Shown: piece by piece, positions 59,299 through 64,000 of the stretch
How positions within the stretch are numbered: position 1 is the first letter of the stretch
How the letters are laid out: every line of letters begins with the position of its first letter
Assembly (NCBI GenBank): GCA_964016885.1
Contig: OZ024741.1
Span: 80,910,001-80,974,000, forward strand
Direction: 5' to 3'
DNA: 64,000 nt
From: Eledone cirrhosa
Lineage: Eukaryota
Translations under genes and position numbers: made by a program
Notes under the pieces: generated by a model
Told to the model about the DNA's origin: nothing
The model's input: only the letters and a program-made list of their open reading frames with translations
The model's database searches: none

Positions 59299-60540
59299 GA
59301 AGTGGTTACACAACAGTTAGTTCACCATACCGAGAACAATTGTTTCAGCTTAGTGGATCCTCAGCTCGTAATGGACATGGTTATACGGAACAGGAAGGAC
59401 AACCGTTCGAACGCGCATGCGCAGAAAAGATCTGTTCACACAGGCATTACTAAATTGCGTGCGAGGGGTGTAAGGGAGATAACTGCGAAAGTCCGAAAGT
59501 TTCTAGTTGATAAGAAAATTAGGATGTTGTTGGAATTCAATCCGGAGCTTTGTAGTTATGTAAAAGGTGTTTCCAGACGTGTGGACAACGTGTGAAGAAT
59601 TCATTTCTCGTATTTAGGCAATCACTATTGCGTAATCTCTTTAGATATTTATTCGTTCATCAATACATAGTCCACACGACGGATTGCCCCTTGCGTATGG
59701 CTTGGACTTAGTGATGGCTTTCCATTGAATGGAGAAGTCTATACTTGAGTCTTGAGGGACCATACGTGGCTCGCGAATTTCGTGGATGAACGTCTGTCGG
59801 GGTACCTAAAGATCGACTGGTGTTTCAAGAGCGTACCTTAAATCGGCCCTCCGCCATACCCACATAGGATTTGACCTCCTGTGGTTGATTTGGTCGGTTG
59901 GAAGTGACCACAGCTTCATAAACTACAGCGGGTGTGTTGCATTGCTGTTGAAAGGGAAAAGCTTCGGGCTTCCGGCAAGAGCACCCTGGTGGGGTGTTGC
60001 TCTTAGGGTTGTTGGTGATGTAGGCCTTCATGTTCTTAGCGCAGGAGAATCTAGTTTTACTTTGTGTCGGTTAAAGATGGAGCGGTATTTATTACCTATG
60101 GGAAAGTGTCTGTCTAAGAGGGCTAGACATTTTTTGCCTACATTGGTTTTAACGTTGACTGAGAAGGGAGGAGAGAACCAGATAGTTTGTCTATTGTTAC
60201 GCTTTCGTTTCTTATTGCTGTTGTTGTTAGTGGGAGAGTAAGTGATAGGTTGCGAGAAGCCGCTGTTAGCTAACGCCGTGTTATAGTAGGGTGCCGCCCT
60301 GTCAAAGATAGCCTTCTAAGAGGAGAGGTTTGAGATTCTAGTACTAATATTATTTACGAAGTTTCTAAAAGCAGTGGGAGGGTGGCATGAGTCCTTGTGA
60401 ATGTAATTGAGTTTTTCGTTTAGCTTATGGAAGGGTCTGTAGGTGTGTGTGCAAAGGTCTAAATTAATGTCTAAGAAATCTACGCTAGAGAGGTTGGTAG
60501 CTACTGTTATCCTAAGTCCTAACTCATTGAAGGTAGAAGC
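59299..60540 (-). mobile_element. 5'-truncated PLE: RT C-terminus + GIY-YIG pseudogene, 3'UTR, HHR at 59331-59368
   Basis: VDFLDINLDL..YRPFHK..YIHKDSCHPP; GCSCRKP..VVYEAVV..YVGMAEGRFKVR; CGAG CTGAGGA..GAAA CAATTG TT CTCG. Confidence 0.88.
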
Positions 60541-60766
60541 TATATAGTGGTAGAACACTGGAAGGTAATATCCGTAGTGGTAGAGCACTCAGTCCATGGG
60601 ACGAGTTAGGTAGAAGTGGTTACACAACAGTTAGTTCACCATACCGGAAACAATTGTTCTCAGTATGGTGAACTAACTGTTGTGTAACCACTTCTACCTA
60701 ACTCGTCCCATGGACTGTGTGCTCTACCACTACGGATATTACCTTCCAGTGTTCTACCACTATATA
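60541..60766. repeat. Near-perfect palindrome of the pLTR end + tail of the adjacent PLE
   Basis: 60541-60645 vs 60661-60766; apex GAAACAATTGTTCTC. Confidence 0.85.
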
Positions 60767-61038
60767 TAGACACATACACATTTACGCGCATACATTAACA
60801 CACGTATACATACATACACACGCACACATATATACATATACACATGCATAAAATGGTTGAGTGAGTTTTTCTCACGCTAAGATAACAAAATAAAAAAGAT
60901 ATTCCTGCAACATATGCACAAAATAAATACCTCTGAGGCATTTACAATGCAGCGTGTTTTGGTTTTAAGCTACTGTAGATCGAAGAGAATCTCTCACACT
61001 AAGTATTGACTAAAAATCAAGGCAAATCCATATATATG

Positions 61039-61116
<78 letters not shown>

Positions 61117-61290
61117 TAAACAAATAATGAATAAACAATGAGACAGTTCCTTATATTAAACAAAAAAAGTTCATTATTTAACGATCGTTTCTAGGATATA
61201 TATGTGTTAGAATTGGCATGCATATTCAACAGATCTATGTACAAAATTATACAAAATTATACAAACTATCAAGATTAAATATACATACCA

Positions 61291-62814
<1,524 letters not shown>

Positions 62815-62837
62815 ATATGTATGTATATATATATAAT

Positions 62838-62883
<46 letters not shown>

Positions 62884-62932
62884 CATATATATATATATGT
62901 GTGTGTGTGTGTGTATGTATATATACACACAC

Positions 62933-63327
<395 letters not shown>

Positions 63328-63330
63328 ATA

Positions 63331-63775
63331 TATGAATGACGTAAAATAAGAAAATTATAAAAATTAACTTACTTACTAAAATTTCACTCCAACTAATTAG
63401 TTTCTGAAAGGGAATAAACATGGCTTCCAAATGGAAAGCATGGAGAAGCCGTTTCATCATCAGGAAGTCTGTTCTCAGCTAAGTTACCTGGCGATGCGTG
63501 GACACAGGGAACTTATACAAAAATAATTCAGTGAATGGAGAAAAGCATGCGTGGACTAAATTCCAAGACATTGAAAAAATCACTGCCTACTTGGTCGGTG
63601 GCAAATTCAAAAGAATCAATCACGTGACATCGGAGTGAAATTTTAGTAAGTAAGTTAATTTTTATAATTTTCTTATTTTACGTCATTCATATAATTGTTC
63701 TGCATCCCCTTGCATTTAACCACAAAGTTACTAACACAAAACCTATATATTTGCTAACATAGGTATGCATCTATA
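63331..63775. mobile_element. pLTR insert with inverted arms, mirror image of 1745-2120
   Basis: Arms 63331-63390 / 63632-63692; CTGATGA on minus at 63457-63463. Confidence 0.65.
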
Positions 63776-63819
63776 TATATATGTTGGTAGATATACTAAT
63801 TCTGTATATATATATATAT

Positions 63820-63935
63820 GACGAAAGAAGTGTGGTAAGGAACCAGATGGATCATAACGCACCAGAGTACTCAATATTTAGGGTAGTAGAGTGGGTAATA
63901 GGAAAAAGTTTAACCCCGACGGCAGAGCTGAAACC
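63820..63935 (-). mobile_element. Family B tail fragment
   Basis: Matches 2425-2535. Confidence 0.7.
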
Positions 63936-64000
63936 ATACTGCAATTGCGAGTTACTTTTTATCACCCCACTCTCTCTTAAAAGCATGTTCACACAATAGT

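Overview
This is a very AT-rich eukaryotic window dense in microsatellites. The SINE repertoire suggests an octopus-like cephalopod, which is an inference. I find no convincing host gene; almost all ORFs in the track are translations of (TA)n, (CA)n, (TACA)n or (GGT)n. The window is a stack of mostly decayed mobile elements: Penelope-like retroelements (PLEs) of at least three endonuclease types, an RTE LINE, a CR1/L2-group LINE, three R4/Dong-like LINE copies, an internally deleted mariner, two non-autonomous Helitrons and about a dozen tRNA-derived SINEs. The main unexplained structure is a set of about 20 short PLE-end (pLTR) inserts in (TA)n, built as head-to-head inverted repeats. Most of their families carry a type-I hammerhead ribozyme (HHR) fold, two of them with a U3-A8 core. 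In each family, one arm stops at a fixed internal TA site and the other runs on into a 3' tail. Several unrelated families share a covarying stem-loop (RCTC...GAGY-RCT) 4-16 nt downstream of that fixed site. All coordinates and folds were read by eye and are approximate; no alignments or database searches were run.
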